Shown: positions 40,983 to 51,732, counted from the first letter of the stretch. The stretch: DNA of 64,000 nt from Patescibacteria group bacterium (GCA_040384805.1 JAZKIP010000001.1:51981-115980), one strand, 5' to 3'. Notes: a model not told the origin generated them from the letters alone. Made by a program: numbers and translations.

Positions 40983-41340
40983 TTGCTGAGATTTTAACTT
41001 CTACGAACGGCTGTCGATGCCCGTTCTTTTTATGGTAGCGGCTTTTCTGCTTGTATTTAACAACGGTAACGGTCTTTGCTTTGCCTGACCGCTGAAATAG
41101 CGATTCAACGGATGCGGTAGGTATATACGGAGAACCGATAGTCGTATCGATTCCGTTATCGACGAGAAGCACCTTGTCGAAGATAATCTTATCGCCGAGA
41201 GCGAATTCTCCTTCGAGTTTTTCAACTTTAAGAACATCGCCAACGGCAACTTTGTATTGCTTGCCGCCTGTTTCAATTACCGCGAATTCCTTGGAGTCGG
41301 ATGCTACTTTCTTTTTCTGTGGTGTTGTTTTTGTTGCCAT
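40975..41340 (-). CDS. rplU: 50S ribosomal protein L21
   Basis: AVIETGGKQYKV, GHRQ. Confidence 0.97.
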   Translation of the reverse strand: MATKTTPQKKKVASDSKEFAVIETGGKQYKVAVGDVLKVEKLEGEFALGDKIIFDKVLLVDNGIDTTIGSPYIPTASVESLFQRSGKAKTVTVVKYKQKSRYHKKNGHRQPFVEVKISAIK

Positions 41341-41438
41341 AATACTTGCAAGGAAAGCTCAAAAATAAAGCTTTTCTATAGGGCCTATCATACACAAAAA
41401 CTTTGAGAAATGCAAGCCAGACGGTATAATCACAAAAT

Positions 41439-42350
41439 ATGATATCAAAATACGCTTATCTGGGCCAAATATGGATCGATCTTGACTCCCCGACCGAAGA
41501 AGAACTTGGCCATGTGATGGAAGAATATTCTATTCCGAACCTTGTTGGCGAAGAGATACGTTCACGAAATATTCAATCGAAGGTCGATCTTTTCCCTTCT
41601 TTTATATATCTTGTTATGCATTTTCCGCATGTAGGCCGCGCGGGAAGCCACAATGCCGATCACGAGATCGACTTTATCATGGGCGCTGATTTCCTCATTA
41701 CCGTTCATTATGGATTTATACCGTCACTCCATGAGTTTTCAAAGACATTCGAAGTTGATGCGATCTTAGAAAAAAAAACCAGCATTAGCCATGCCGGAAT
41801 CCTTTTTCTCTCCCTTATTAAGACACTCTACTCCCATTCGCAAGATCAGCTCCGCGACATACATGTTCTCTTGAAAGAAACTGAGAGAAAAATATTCGAG
41901 GCTACTGAGCGCAAGACCGTAGTTATGATTTCCAATACCAATCGCATGCTCCTTGGTTTTCGGCAGGCTCTTCGATTCCATAAGAGCATTTTGAACTCTT
42001 TTGAACAGAGCGCCATGCGTTTTTACGGCGAAAGCTTCGCCCACCATATTTCACTGATTCACAGCGAGTATGATAAGACACAGGCCATTCTCGACAGCCA
42101 CAAAGAAATTCTGGATGATCTGCGCGATACGAACGATTCTCTGCTTGCCAACAGGACGAACGAGACGATGAAAATCCTGACCATCATTACATTTCTCCTG
42201 TCGCCTTTTACCGTCATCTCAAGCATCTTCATGATGAATACGGATTCCCTGCTCATTTCGTCCCTTTCGGATTATTATCTCGTTGTCGGAGCGATGCTTC
42301 TGATAAGCATTATTATCTTTATTTATTTTAAAAAGAAAAAATGGCTCTAA
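41439..42350 (+). CDS. CorA family divalent cation transporter
   Basis: WIDLDSPT, NETMKILT, two C-terminal TMs, KKKKWL. Confidence 0.88.
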   Translation: MISKYAYLGQIWIDLDSPTEEELGHVMEEYSIPNLVGEEIRSRNIQSKVDLFPSFIYLVMHFPHVGRAGSHNADHEIDFIMGADFLITVHYGFIPSLHEFSKTFEVDAILEKKTSISHAGILFLSLIKTLYSHSQDQLRDIHVLLKETERKIFEATERKTVVMISNTNRMLLGFRQALRFHKSILNSFEQSAMRFYGESFAHHISLIHSEYDKTQAILDSHKEILDDLRDTNDSLLANRTNETMKILTIITFLLSPFTVISSIFMMNTDSLLISSLSDYYLVVGAMLLISIIIFIYFKKKKWL

Positions 42351-43747
42351 TACTCTACAATTCCCTGTCCCGTGACAAAGAAATGTTTGAACCGCTCGGT
42401 CACACCGGCACTGTGGGCCTGTATACCTGCGGCCCGACCGTATATGATTATGTGACTATCGGGAATTGGCGCACATATACCTTGGGAGACATCACGGCCC
42501 GCGTTCTCTCCTTCGACGGCTATGCGGTGAAATATTTCATGAATATCACCGATGTCGGACATTTGACTGGTGACAACGAAGGTGATGCAGATACGGGCGA
42601 GGATCGCATGGAAAAGGCCAAGAAACGCGAAGGGAAAACCGCATGGGATGTCGCTCATTTTTATGCCGATGACTTTTTGATAGGCTACAAAAAACTGAAC
42701 CTTTTTCCTCCTGAAAAATTTCTCAAGGCAACCGACTATATTCCAGAGCAAATCGCTCTGGTTGAGCGTTTGATGGATCATGATCTTGCATACGCGATCG
42801 ATGATGGAATCTATTTCAATACAGCCGCATATGAGGCGCGAGGCTTCATGTACGGAGAACTTTCGAATCTCGATCATATCAAAGCAGGCGCGCGCGTTGA
42901 GTTCAATCCGGAGAAAAAGAATCCCCGAGATTTCGCATTGTGGAAATTCAGCCCAAAAGATGAGAAACGCGATATGGAGTGGGAAAGCCCCTGGGATATC
43001 GGATTCCCCGGATGGCATATAGAATGTTCCGCCATGAGCATGAAGTTTCTCGGCGAGCAGTTCGATATCCATGTCGGCGGCGAAGATTTGAAAAGCACTC
43101 ATCATCCGAATGAAATAGCACAGTCACAGGGAGCAACCGGCATGGTTCCCTTCGTAAAATATTGGATCCATGGAGCATTCCTGCAAGTTGACGGAGGACG
43201 CATGGGGAAGAGCCTTGGCAATGCATATACTCTTCACGATATCGAGAAGAAAGGGATAAATCCTCTTGCGCTCCGCTACTTCTATATGACCAGCCATTAC
43301 AGATCCCCTCTTAATTTTACATGGGAAGGGCTTGAGGCATCACAAAATGCGCTTCATAAATTATATAAAGAGTATAAAAAGCTTTCACAGGGGAGCAACT
43401 CGACAACGAGTATGGCCCATGTTGAAAAATTCACCGAAGCTCTCAATGATGACCTGAATCTGCCCAAAGCGCTTGCGGTGTTATGGGAACTTATAAAAGA
43501 CGACACCATAGCGGATGCGGATAAGAAAGAGACGCTTTTGCGCCTCGATACTGTCTTGGGCTTTAACCTTTCTTCTTTAAAAGAAGAAATTATCCCAGTG
43601 GAAGTGACGCGTCTTGTGGCGTTGCGAGAACAAGCTCGTCGTGATAAAAAATGGCAGGAAAGCGACGCTTTCAGAGCCAATATCAAAGCTCTCGGCTTTG
43701 ATATTGTTGATACCGATCACGGTCCTGTCGTCTCTCCTCTCTCGTAG
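42341..43747 (+). CDS. cysS: Cysteine--tRNA ligase
   Basis: CGPTVY, DFALWK, PGWHIECSAM, HHPNE, MGKSLGN. Confidence 0.98.
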   Translation: MALILYNSLSRDKEMFEPLGHTGTVGLYTCGPTVYDYVTIGNWRTYTLGDITARVLSFDGYAVKYFMNITDVGHLTGDNEGDADTGEDRMEKAKKREGKTAWDVAHFYADDFLIGYKKLNLFPPEKFLKATDYIPEQIALVERLMDHDLAYAIDDGIYFNTAAYEARGFMYGELSNLDHIKAGARVEFNPEKKNPRDFALWKFSPKDEKRDMEWESPWDIGFPGWHIECSAMSMKFLGEQFDIHVGGEDLKSTHHPNEIAQSQGATGMVPFVKYWIHGAFLQVDGGRMGKSLGNAYTLHDIEKKGINPLALRYFYMTSHYRSPLNFTWEGLEASQNALHKLYKEYKKLSQGSNSTTSMAHVEKFTEALNDDLNLPKALAVLWELIKDDTIADADKKETLLRLDTVLGFNLSSLKEEIIPVEVTRLVALREQARRDKKWQESDAFRANIKALGFDIVDTDHGPVVSPLS

Positions 43748-43784
43748 GCAAAAAAGCGCGAAGCGCCTAATCTTGTTCCGCTCT

Positions 43785-44816
43785 CTATTGACGAGTAATC
43801 ACAGGCTCTTCCCGTGTCATGCAATGGATCGCTCCTCCGCCGTAAATAATATCCGAGCAATCAATCCCGACGCAAGCGCGATCGGGGAAAAGGCTGGAAA
43901 TGACAGCAAGAGCACGTTCGTCATTGGGATCGTTAAAGAGAGGTACCAGAACTTTTTCATTTGCAATATAGAAATTGACATAGGATGCAGGAGCTTTTGT
44001 TCCGTCGTCATATATTACATGAGGCATCGGTATTTTTACGACAGTAAACGGTTTGCCATCGTAATCGCGGGCCTTCAGGAGATCCTCGTAATTTTTCTGC
44101 AAAATATTAAAGTTCAGATCAGACTCATCTTCCTCGTATGCGCAGAGAATCGTCTGTTTATCCGTAAATCGAGCTATGTCATCGACATGACCATCTGTGT
44201 GATCGTTAATGATGCCTTCGTCAAGCCAGACGATGCGTTTTGCTCCGCAATATTTCGCTAAAATGCTTTCTATCTGGGTTTGAGAGAGCTCAGGATTGCG
44301 ATTCTCGTTAAGCAGGCACTGTTTGGTAGTAATGAGCGTCCCCATACCGTTTGATTCTAGCGCCCCGCCTTCCATATAAAGCGGCACGTCGACCATCGGC
44401 TCTTTAATCACGCTTGAAAGAGTGCGGAAGACGACATCATCCTTCAGAAGATCGCCGAATTTGAAACCATAGGCATTATATCGCCATTTCAACCACGAAA
44501 GCTTTCCCTTCATATCTCTCACAAAGAAAGGTCCGTAATCGCGAAGCCATACATCGGCGTAATCAGCCATATAAAAGAGAACCTGCGTCTGATTGACACT
44601 GTGCGCATGTAACCGTGATTCAATATCTTTTCTTGCTGCTTCGTCGCGAACAAGTAATTTGACCGTCTCGCTTTCCGCTGCATGTCGAATTATTTCTATA
44701 ACGGCATCACGGGCTTTTTCTATTCGCTCCGGAAAGGTGATAGTATCTTCCGGCCACGCAAGCCAGACAGCGCGATGCTTTTCCCATTCGGCAGGCATGG
44801 TAAATACTGTTTCCAT
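43785..44816 (-). CDS. aguA: Agmatine deiminase family protein
   Basis: MPAEWE, WLRDYGP, EGG, TDGHVD, SYVNF, GGAIHCMT. Confidence 0.95.
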   Translation of the reverse strand: METVFTMPAEWEKHRAVWLAWPEDTITFPERIEKARDAVIEIIRHAAESETVKLLVRDEAARKDIESRLHAHSVNQTQVLFYMADYADVWLRDYGPFFVRDMKGKLSWLKWRYNAYGFKFGDLLKDDVVFRTLSSVIKEPMVDVPLYMEGGALESNGMGTLITTKQCLLNENRNPELSQTQIESILAKYCGAKRIVWLDEGIINDHTDGHVDDIARFTDKQTILCAYEEDESDLNFNILQKNYEDLLKARDYDGKPFTVVKIPMPHVIYDDGTKAPASYVNFYIANEKVLVPLFNDPNDERALAVISSLFPDRACVGIDCSDIIYGGGAIHCMTREEPVITRQ

Positions 44817-44819
44817 AGA

Positions 44820-45761
44820 TTATTTCTTCTTTTTGCCGAGGGCTTTCTTCATCGAGGCGTAATGATCGACATTCTGAAGCTTTTTAGATTTTTTAGTCAA
44901 TTTCTGATGAGTAAGATCCGAATATGTATCAGGCCGCCTGTTGCGCAGGAATCCCCAGCCTTCCTCATAGAATGCGTTCCTGGAAAGATCAAGAGTGGCT
45001 ACGATAACTTCATCCTTGTCTGACGATGCTTTCTTGAGAATCTCTCCGAAAGGACCCGCTATGAATGATTGCCCATAGAATTCCATATTGCCTTCCCGTC
45101 CGATGCGGTTTATGGCAGCGATATAAACGCTGTTTGCGATTCCGTGAGACCGTTGGATAGTTTCCCACGCATTATGCCAGTCTCCTTCTGCTTTGTAATC
45201 AACAATATGGCCGATGGCAGTCGGGTAGAAAATCACTTGAGCGCCTGCCAAACGGCTCATACGGGCCGCTTCAGGGAACCATTGGTCATAGCAGATAAGA
45301 ACCGAGAACTTTACGCCATCGATTGAAAATGTCTTATAACCAAGCTCTCCATGCTCAAAATAATCTTTCTCGTAGAATCCCGGATCGTGCGGGATGTGGA
45401 TTTTGTGATAATGCCCGATAATCGATCCTTTCTTATTGATGACGACTGCTGTATTGAAGTATTTGCCGTCCTTCTCTTCATAGAACGGCACAATAATAGC
45501 GACATGAAGTCGTTTTGCTGTTTTTCTCATGGCCGCTATGGTTGCGCCTGAAAGAGGCTCTGCAAAATCATCTTTGTTCTTTTTTTGCCACTGCGGGAAA
45601 TAGGGAGTTTGAAAGAGTTCCTGAAGCGCGATGATCGCCGCGCCTTTGCTGGCAGCTTGCTCGATAAGAGTGATCGTCTTTGCAACGTTGGCCACGCTAT
45701 CGTCTGAGACGCTGGTTTGGACAAGTCCTATGATTATTTTCGATGTCTTTTTAGAGACCAT
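44820..45761 (-). CDS. aguB: N-carbamoylputrescine amidase-like carbon-nitrogen hydrolase
   Basis: QELF, YHKIHIP, ICYDQWFPE, YPTAIG; next to aguA; start ATG 45761. Confidence 0.9.
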   Translation of the reverse strand: MVSKKTSKIIIGLVQTSVSDDSVANVAKTITLIEQAASKGAAIIALQELFQTPYFPQWQKKNKDDFAEPLSGATIAAMRKTAKRLHVAIIVPFYEEKDGKYFNTAVVINKKGSIIGHYHKIHIPHDPGFYEKDYFEHGELGYKTFSIDGVKFSVLICYDQWFPEAARMSRLAGAQVIFYPTAIGHIVDYKAEGDWHNAWETIQRSHGIANSVYIAAINRIGREGNMEFYGQSFIAGPFGEILKKASSDKDEVIVATLDLSRNAFYEEGWGFLRNRRPDTYSDLTHQKLTKKSKKLQNVDHYASMKKALGKKKK

Positions 45762-46770
45762 ATGCTGAAATAAGCTTATTGGCTTCCTCCGGGTAAGCCT
45801 TGCATTCAAGGAGGGCGGTGAGCATGAGGGGCGCTACGATCGTGGCATCCGATTCGACGACAAACATAGGCGTGTCTTTTGTCAGCTTATCCCATGTGAT
45901 TTTCTCATTGGGAGTAGCTCCTGAATATGAGCCGTATGATGTTGTTGAATCGGAGATCTGGCAGAAATAAGCCCATGGCTTTGCCTCCTGTTCCATATCA
46001 TATTTAAGCGATGGCACCACGCATATCGGAAAATCTCCTGCGATCCCTCCGCCGATCTGGAAGAATCCTATTCCCTCTCCTTCTGAAAGCGTTTGATACT
46101 GATCATAGAAATGGGCCATATATTCGATTCCTGATTTTGCAATCAGTGCCTCGAAATCGCCATGTTTAACATGCGAGGCAAAAATATTGCCGAATGTCGA
46201 ATCTTCATACCCGGGAACAACGATGGGAAGGTTTTTCTCGGCCGCCGCCAAAAGCCAGCACTCGTCGGGATTCCCCTCATGAGATTCTGTATCGACTTTC
46301 TGGATAAGATCATAGAAATATTCATGCCAGAATCGGCGGTCCTTGCTTTCGTATGCTTGCTTCCACATGGGAACTATATATTTTTCAACAGCACGGAAGG
46401 CTTCGTCTTCAGGGATGCTCGTGTCGGTAACGCGGCGCATGCGGTCTTCCAAGATCTTCGTATCATGTTCCTTTGTAAAATACCGATAGTCGGGAAAGTC
46501 GACATAGCTATCATGAGCGACAAGACGAAACAATGATTCCTCGAGATTCGCTCCGGTGCTCGAGATGCCATGAATAAGGCCGTTGCGGATAGCCGGGGCT
46601 AAAACGATGCCAAGTTGGGCCGAACTCATAGCTCCTGCAAGTGCCCAAAACATTTTTCCTCCTTTTTCGATATGACGCCAGTAAGCGAGGATAGCGTCCC
46701 GGGTCGCACGGGCGTTGAAATTCTTGTAATTCTTAAGTACGAATTCTAGTGTCGGAAGATTGCTGTTCAT
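45751..46770 (-). CDS. Deoxyhypusine synthase-like protein
   Basis: AGAMS, TGANLEE, IGGGIAGDF, SYSGATPNEKITWDK; start ATG 46770. Confidence 0.93.
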   Translation of the reverse strand: MNSNLPTLEFVLKNYKNFNARATRDAILAYWRHIEKGGKMFWALAGAMSSAQLGIVLAPAIRNGLIHGISSTGANLEESLFRLVAHDSYVDFPDYRYFTKEHDTKILEDRMRRVTDTSIPEDEAFRAVEKYIVPMWKQAYESKDRRFWHEYFYDLIQKVDTESHEGNPDECWLLAAAEKNLPIVVPGYEDSTFGNIFASHVKHGDFEALIAKSGIEYMAHFYDQYQTLSEGEGIGFFQIGGGIAGDFPICVVPSLKYDMEQEAKPWAYFCQISDSTTSYGSYSGATPNEKITWDKLTKDTPMFVVESDATIVAPLMLTALLECKAYPEEANKLISAYGL

Positions 46771-47030
46771 AATGTGTAATCTTAATTTTATAATCTCTCT
46801 ATAGTATAGCGTATTCCAAGAATCCACAAAATAGGATCAGGTGCGAGTTGAAAAAGTGAATACTTGGAGCTTTTGCAAGACCCATTGAGGACTTTTCCGT
46901 GGGAAAAGATCCAATGAGTGGACTGTTCCTGTAAGGAAAGGTGAGGATTGAGAACAAGATTGCACAGGTCTGCTTTGCGGAAGTAACCGGAATCGACAAC
47001 AAAGCAGATGGTCCCATTTTCTCGATTCGA

Positions 47031-48407
47031 CTACCAGCCAAACATCTTGCCAACCTCCTCCGGAGTTTCTCTCTTTCTGGCTACAACGACATGGCCGTTC
47101 TCGACGATAATTTTCAAAGGTGACGAAAGAAGACAATGATGCATGACCAAAGCGTCTTCATATGCTCCGGTGTCAAATACGGCTATATACATGGCATGAC
47201 TCTCATCCATTTCATAATCTGGTAAAGCAATGGAACCTGGGCCTGTGTATACATCGTCGGAATCACATGTAGAGCCAGCAAGCCAGACATTCGTGAGATT
47301 CTTGTCATTGCTTATATTGACTGGTGCAATCGCCCACTGTTGTTTAATGGCCCATGTATCACAAAGATCGTTCATAAAGCTTCCATCGATAACATACCAC
47401 TTTGAAGCAGCTGCTTTCTTGTTCGGTATCTTTTTCGTATCGATGACCTTGTATATATTTATCTGCGCAGGCGCAGCTATATATCTTCCCCATTCGCAAA
47501 TAATATTCGGATGCGGCATGCCCTGCTTCTCTGATTCTTTCTTGATCACCTCGAATATCTTCTCAAGCAGCTTGTCGACGGGATAACTTTTTGTCCGTTC
47601 ATAGGGTATCGGCATGCCGCCTCCGATATCAAGAGTATCAAGCGACGGATTTTTCTCCTTGAGCTTGAAATAAACATCGAGGGCATACTTGATTGGGCCG
47701 ATGACATCGGAAAGCTTCTCGATCTGAGATCCTATATGGTAATGAAGAATTTTGAGGTTTTTAAACGATCCCATCTGGAGAATTTCTTTTGCAGAAAATC
47801 CAAAGCGGTCAATCGTCTTATTCCAATATGAACTTGCTTTGATCGGCATATCAAGCCGAATGCCGACATCGTATTTGGAATGCTGGAGAAACTTCAGTTC
47901 ATTCGGGCCTTCAATGATCGGAAATATTTTTGTTCCCTTGTGCTGAAGTTCGTCGATGAGATTCATATATTTGTCGGTCTTCGGGCCGTTACAGAGAATA
48001 CGGATATTCGGATTGAAGGATTCCTGTTCAAGCATCTTTTTTATCAAGTAAAGGTCGTTATATGAAGATGTCTCAAGATGAGCTCCTTCTCCGACGATTG
48101 CCATGATGGCCTCCTTATTCTGGTTGACTTTCATAGGGAAATGATAAAAGAATTTGCCTTTATAGCTGATCTTTTTCGAGAAGACTTGGGCGATATCAAG
48201 AAGATCTTCGAGGCGCTCTTCGATGACAAAAGGCATCAGGATCTCAAGCGAGGTTCCCATCTTATCCGCCAGATAACGGACATTATATATATTGTGACCT
48301 TCTTTGATGATGAGGTCGCCCTCTTTGTTAAAATCAAAATATTGTGTATTAAATTCCTTTGCACCGATTTTCCACAGCTTCTTTGAAGCGATAGAGCGTT
48401 TCGTCAT
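47031..48407 (-). CDS. speA: Arginine decarboxylase (alanine-racemase fold, short form)
   Basis: PMKVNQ PLP lysine, CNGPK, HYHIGSQ, DIGGG, EWGRY, TCDSD. Confidence 0.88.
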   Translation of the reverse strand: MTKRSIASKKLWKIGAKEFNTQYFDFNKEGDLIIKEGHNIYNVRYLADKMGTSLEILMPFVIEERLEDLLDIAQVFSKKISYKGKFFYHFPMKVNQNKEAIMAIVGEGAHLETSSYNDLYLIKKMLEQESFNPNIRILCNGPKTDKYMNLIDELQHKGTKIFPIIEGPNELKFLQHSKYDVGIRLDMPIKASSYWNKTIDRFGFSAKEILQMGSFKNLKILHYHIGSQIEKLSDVIGPIKYALDVYFKLKEKNPSLDTLDIGGGMPIPYERTKSYPVDKLLEKIFEVIKKESEKQGMPHPNIICEWGRYIAAPAQINIYKVIDTKKIPNKKAAASKWYVIDGSFMNDLCDTWAIKQQWAIAPVNISNDKNLTNVWLAGSTCDSDDVYTGPGSIALPDYEMDESHAMYIAVFDTGAYEDALVMHHCLLSSPLKIIVENGHVVVARKRETPEEVGKMFGW

Positions 48408-48492
48408 CTTCTTTTATACCAAGCGCTTCTTCTTGCCTGCGCCTGTGAAAAATAATAATACTGTATATCATAGCAGAATCTTCATATATGTA

Positions 48493-48538
48493 AATAGAAA
48501 CAGCCCCGACAATAATAATTGTCGGGGCTGTTTCTATT
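48493..48538. terminator. Terminator after dnaJ
   Basis: 21-bp inverted repeat with 4-nt loop. Confidence 0.85.
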
Positions 48539-49612
48539 CTATACTCCTTCTTGTTGGAGTTTTTCCACCAGTTCTTTCGACTTCTTTGAAAGTTTCGATG
48601 GCATTTTTACGAGTATCCGGATAATGATATCTCCTCTGCCCCCTCGGGATGGCACTCCTTTGCCTCTGACACGGAGGAATTCTCCATGATTGATTCCTTC
48701 CGGAATTTTCACCGAGACCGTATTCCCTTCAAGAATCGGGAGGTCGTATTCCATGCCAAGAAGGGCATCGGAAAGTTTGATCGGAAGATCCATAATAAGA
48801 TTAAGGCCATCGCGCTTAAATACTCCATGAGGGCGGACATTGATCTTAATATAGAGATCTCCTGTTGTAGCACCCTGTAGTGCCTCTCCGAGTCCTGTCA
48901 TCCGGACCATTTCGCCGTTGTTGATGCCTGCTGGTATATTTACCGTGATCTCTTCCTGTTTTCTCCTGACGCCCGCACCGCGGCATTCGGCGCATTTTTC
49001 ACTCGGGACTTTTCCGAGACCATTACATGTCTCGCACGAGCGCGTGCTTGAAAAAGATCCGAGGATTGAACGCTTCGTTTCCCTGATCTGCCCGTTGCCG
49101 TTGCATGTCTTGCATGTTTCCATCTTCGTACCCGGCTTTCCACCGCTTCCTTTGCAGATATCGCAGAGAGACTGCTTGGTAATCAGAATGGTACGCGAAA
49201 CTCCAAATATTGATTCTTCGAACGATATGTCGATTTCTGTCGAGATATCGCGTCCGCGGCGCGCTTCCGCTCTCCTGCCCATGCCGCCTCCGAAGAAATC
49301 ACCGAAGATGTCTCCCAAATCTCCCATGTCGAATTCAACGCCTCCGTTTCCGAATCCTCCAAATCCCCCATATCCTCCTTGTCCACCGTTAAATCCCTGT
49401 GGGCCGTCTGCAGAGCCGAATTGGTCGTAATTGGCGCGCTTCTTATCATCTGAAAGGGTTTGGTAGGCTTCGTTGACCTCCTTGAATTTCTTGTCATCAC
49501 CCTTGTTTTTGTCGGGGTGATGCTTATGCGCGAGTTTATGAAAAGCCTTCTTGATCTCTTCTTTCAAAGCACCTTTCTCAACTCCCAGTATTTCGTAATA
49601 GTCTTTTGCCAT
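48539..49612 (-). CDS. dnaJ: Chaperone DnaJ
   Basis: HPD, G/F region, four CxxCxGxG. Confidence 0.98.
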   Translation of the reverse strand: MAKDYYEILGVEKGALKEEIKKAFHKLAHKHHPDKNKGDDKKFKEVNEAYQTLSDDKKRANYDQFGSADGPQGFNGGQGGYGGFGGFGNGGVEFDMGDLGDIFGDFFGGGMGRRAEARRGRDISTEIDISFEESIFGVSRTILITKQSLCDICKGSGGKPGTKMETCKTCNGNGQIRETKRSILGSFSSTRSCETCNGLGKVPSEKCAECRGAGVRRKQEEITVNIPAGINNGEMVRMTGLGEALQGATTGDLYIKINVRPHGVFKRDGLNLIMDLPIKLSDALLGMEYDLPILEGNTVSVKIPEGINHGEFLRVRGKGVPSRGGRGDIIIRILVKMPSKLSKKSKELVEKLQQEGV

Positions 49613-49641
49613 ATGATTAATGATTATACAATTATCTTCTT

Positions 49642-49754
49642 AAAAAACAAAAATAGTCTTTTGGAAGAGGCTTATACGCTCGACGGAGCGGATATGGAGA
49701 AAATTTCTAGCAGGAAATTTTCGTACTCTTCCAGAAGAGCTATTTTTGTTTTTT
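49642..49754. terminator. Branched stem-loop between dnaK and dnaJ
   Basis: Long outer stem with A/T tails enclosing two small hairpins. Confidence 0.6.
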
Positions 49755-49756
49755 GG

Positions 49757-51658
49757 TTATTCCTTTGTAGGATTGTCGTTGACTTCAGCGTCCTTGATCT
49801 CAGGATTCTGTTCTTCGGGAATTTTTGATTCCTCGCTTCCGCCCGAGGCGGATCCGCTTTGAGCGGACATTGCTTCGCCGATCTTGGAGAGTTCATTCGA
49901 GAGTTCAGTTGTCGCTGTCTTGATCGCGACGCTATCCGTACCGTCTTTTGCTGTCTTAAGAGCATTGACCTTGTCTTCAACGGATGTTTTCACTTCCGCA
50001 GGAACTTTATCTCCGTAATCTTTAAGGGATTTCTCAGCGGTAAAAATCATCATCTCGGCAGTGTTTTTCATATCTGCCATTTCTTTCTTCTTCGCATCTT
50101 CTTCCGCGTGGACTTCTGCATCATCGCGCATTTTCTTTATATCTGCTTCGGATAAACCTGAGCTTGCTTCAATACGGATAGATTGCTCCTTGCCTGATGC
50201 CTTATCTTTCGCTTTGACATTAAGAATGCCATTGGCATCGACATCAAAAGTGACTTCCACTTGAGGAATACCGCGCGGTGCAGGAGGAATGCCTTCAAGA
50301 ATAAATCGGCCGAGAGATTTGTTGTCAGAGGCCATCGGGCGCTCTCCCTGAGTGATATGAATCTCCACGCTCGTCTGGTTATCAGCGGCTGTCGAGAATG
50401 TTTGCGATTTTGAGCTTGGAATGGTCGTATTTCGCTCGACGAGCTTCGTCGATACGCCTCCGAGGGTTTCAATACCCAAGGAGAGCGGTATAACATCAAG
50501 AAGAAGAACGTCGCGCACATCTCCCTGTAGGACTCCTGCCTGAACGGCCGCTCCAAGAGCGACAACTTCATCGGGGTTGATCGACCGGTTCGGATCCTTA
50601 CCGAAAAGCTTCTTGACCGCTTCAACGATCGCAGGCATGCGTGTCTGGCCTCCGACAAGAATGATCTCATTGATCTCATCCATCTTAAAGGGCGATGCTT
50701 CGATTGCGCGCTTGGTAATCTCGATCGAACGTGTAATATATTCCTCCGCCAATGATTCGAGAGTCGCCCTGCTCATTTTCAAAAGCAAGTGCTTCGGGCC
50801 TGTTGCATCGGACGTGATAAACGGGATATTGATCTCAGATTCGGGAGTCGTCGAAAGCTCGTGTTTTGTCTTTTCTGCAGCTTCCTTGAGACGCTGGAGA
50901 GCCAAGACATCCTTTGTGACATCGATTCCTGATTCCTTTTTATATTCATCGGCAATCCAACGAATGATCTTCTGATCGATATCCTCGCCGCCCATATGAG
51001 AGTCCCCGTCTGTCGATTTTACTTCAATGACGTCATCGCCGACTTCAAGGACTGATACGTCGAATGTTCCCCCTCCGAAGTCATACACGACGATCTTTTC
51101 ATTCTTCTTCGTATTGAATCCGTATGCGAGAGCTGCTGCTGTCGGCTCATTGATGATGCGTTTTACGTCAAGCCCTGCAATGGCGCCCGCATCCTTTGTT
51201 GCTTTGCGCTGAGCGTCGTTGAAATATGCCGGAACAGTAATGACCGCTTCGGTAATTTTCTCTCCGAGCTTTGCTTCGACATCTGCTTTGATCTTGCCGA
51301 GGATCATAGCTGAAATCTCTTCCGGACGTGACCATGCATCGCCGAGCTTCACTTCAACTCCTCCTGTTGATCCTTTTTGGATTTTGTACGGAATCGTCTT
51401 TTCGTCTTTCTGGATTTCAGGATCATCATACATGTGACCCATGAAGCGTTTGATGCCGTAGATCGTATTTTCGGGATTTGTCACTGATTGGCGCTTCGCG
51501 AGAAGCCCTACCATGCGCTCACCGCTTTTCGTGATAGTAACGATAGAAGGAGTCGTTCGTGCGCCTTCAATATTTTCGATTATTTTCGGCTGGCCGCCTT
51601 CTATAATCGCAACTGCACTGTTTGTTGTACCCAAGTCTATACCAATTATTTTTGCCAT
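49757..51658 (-). CDS. dnaK: Chaperone DnaK
   Basis: [33 protein letters not shown]. Confidence 0.99.
   Translation of the reverse strand: MAKIIGIDLGTTNSAVAIIEGGQPKIIENIEGARTTPSIVTITKSGERMVGLLAKRQSVTNPENTIYGIKRFMGHMYDDPEIQKDEKTIPYKIQKGSTGGVEVKLGDAWSRPEEISAMILGKIKADVEAKLGEKITEAVITVPAYFNDAQRKATKDAGAIAGLDVKRIINEPTAAALAYGFNTKKNEKIVVYDFGGGTFDVSVLEVGDDVIEVKSTDGDSHMGGEDIDQKIIRWIADEYKKESGIDVTKDVLALQRLKEAAEKTKHELSTTPESEINIPFITSDATGPKHLLLKMSRATLESLAEEYITRSIEITKRAIEASPFKMDEINEIILVGGQTRMPAIVEAVKKLFGKDPNRSINPDEVVALGAAVQAGVLQGDVRDVLLLDVIPLSLGIETLGGVSTKLVERNTTIPSSKSQTFSTAADNQTSVEIHITQGERPMASDNKSLGRFILEGIPPAPRGIPQVEVTFDVDANGILNVKAKDKASGKEQSIRIEASSGLSEADIKKMRDDAEVHAEEDAKKKEMADMKNTAEMMIFTAEKSLKDYGDKVPAEVKTSVEDKVNALKTAKDGTDSVAIKTATTELSNELSKIGEAMSAQSGSASGGSEESKIPEEQNPEIKDAEVNDNPTKE
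49838..49867. repeat. 30-bp double hairpin in frame in dnaK tail
   Basis: tccgcc-cga-ggcgga + tccgct-ttg-agcgga; encodes [10 protein letters not shown]. Confidence 0.75.
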
Positions 51659-51703
51659 ATGCTTTAAAATTGATTACTAATAAATTTTAATAAAAGTATT
51701 ATC

Positions 51704-51732
51704 AGTATACACTCAACTATTATTTTTGACAA
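51704..51732 (-). promoter_or_regulatory. dnaK sigma70 promoter
   Basis: TTGTCA-17-TATACT on minus strand. Confidence 0.7.
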
